A stretch of 64,000 bases of DNA from Lepidodermella squamata (Eukaryota; Animalia; Gastrotricha): contig JBLDXI010000012.1 in assembly GCA_047495785.1 (NCBI GenBank), forward strand, positions 620,001-684,000, written 5' to 3'. The notes under the pieces are model-generated. The model worked only from the letters and a program-made list of their open reading frames with translations. It searched no databases and had not been told where the DNA came from. Position numbers and translations under genes: made by a program. Numbering within the stretch: the first letter of the stretch is position 1; each line of letters begins with the position of its first letter. Positions 63,947 to 64,000 of the stretch are shown piece by piece.

Positions 63947-64000
63947 ATGACGGCCGAAGTTGTTGACAAAATCCGACTACCTTCAGATTCAAACGACGAG
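63947..64000 (+). CDS. Probable start of the next gene (MTAEVVDKIRLPSDSNDE...), cut by the window edge
   Basis: ATG lies 14 nt after a TTTAG acceptor, the frame is open to the edge, and there is a possible short 5' non-coding exon at 63830-63848. Confidence 0.45.
   Translation, partial: MTAEVVDKIRLPSDSNDE

Noticed and set aside
1-64000. SL RNA, snRNA, tRNA, rRNA genes or CRISPR arrays
   Set aside because: None recognised by eye. An unknown SL RNA gene could be missed without knowing the leader sequence.

Overview
Gene-dense window from a compact animal genome. It has Crumbs, a myosin-VII-type tail and CCDC39 (so motile cilia); most introns are about 45-65 nt. I cannot name the species. In order it holds: the 3' part of crumbs; a tandem Crb3-like mini-crumbs; UBR4 (minus strand), apparently split into two adjacent genes of about 2681 and 2464 aa; CCDC39; a 3-exon 54-aa membrane microprotein; a spliced orphan gene; LRMDA>PHB2>PIGA (minus); GCSH>TM9SF2>APTX (plus); ETNK-A>ETNK-B>MRPL44 (minus); a motor-less MyTH4-FERM protein; a Y-box protein; MBLAC1; and the start of one more gene. 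It also contains a young 5'-truncated LINE with a 15-bp TSD and two or three MITE-like elements. The main pattern is that 14 genes have a 3'-splice-acceptor-like site 2-38 nt before their ATG, and co-oriented genes lie as little as 59 nt apart. This suggests operons resolved by spliced-leader trans-splicing, with the UBR4 halves joined by the same kind of junction (operon-enabled gene fission). Exon models were built by hand from splice signals and phase and need RNA confirmation.
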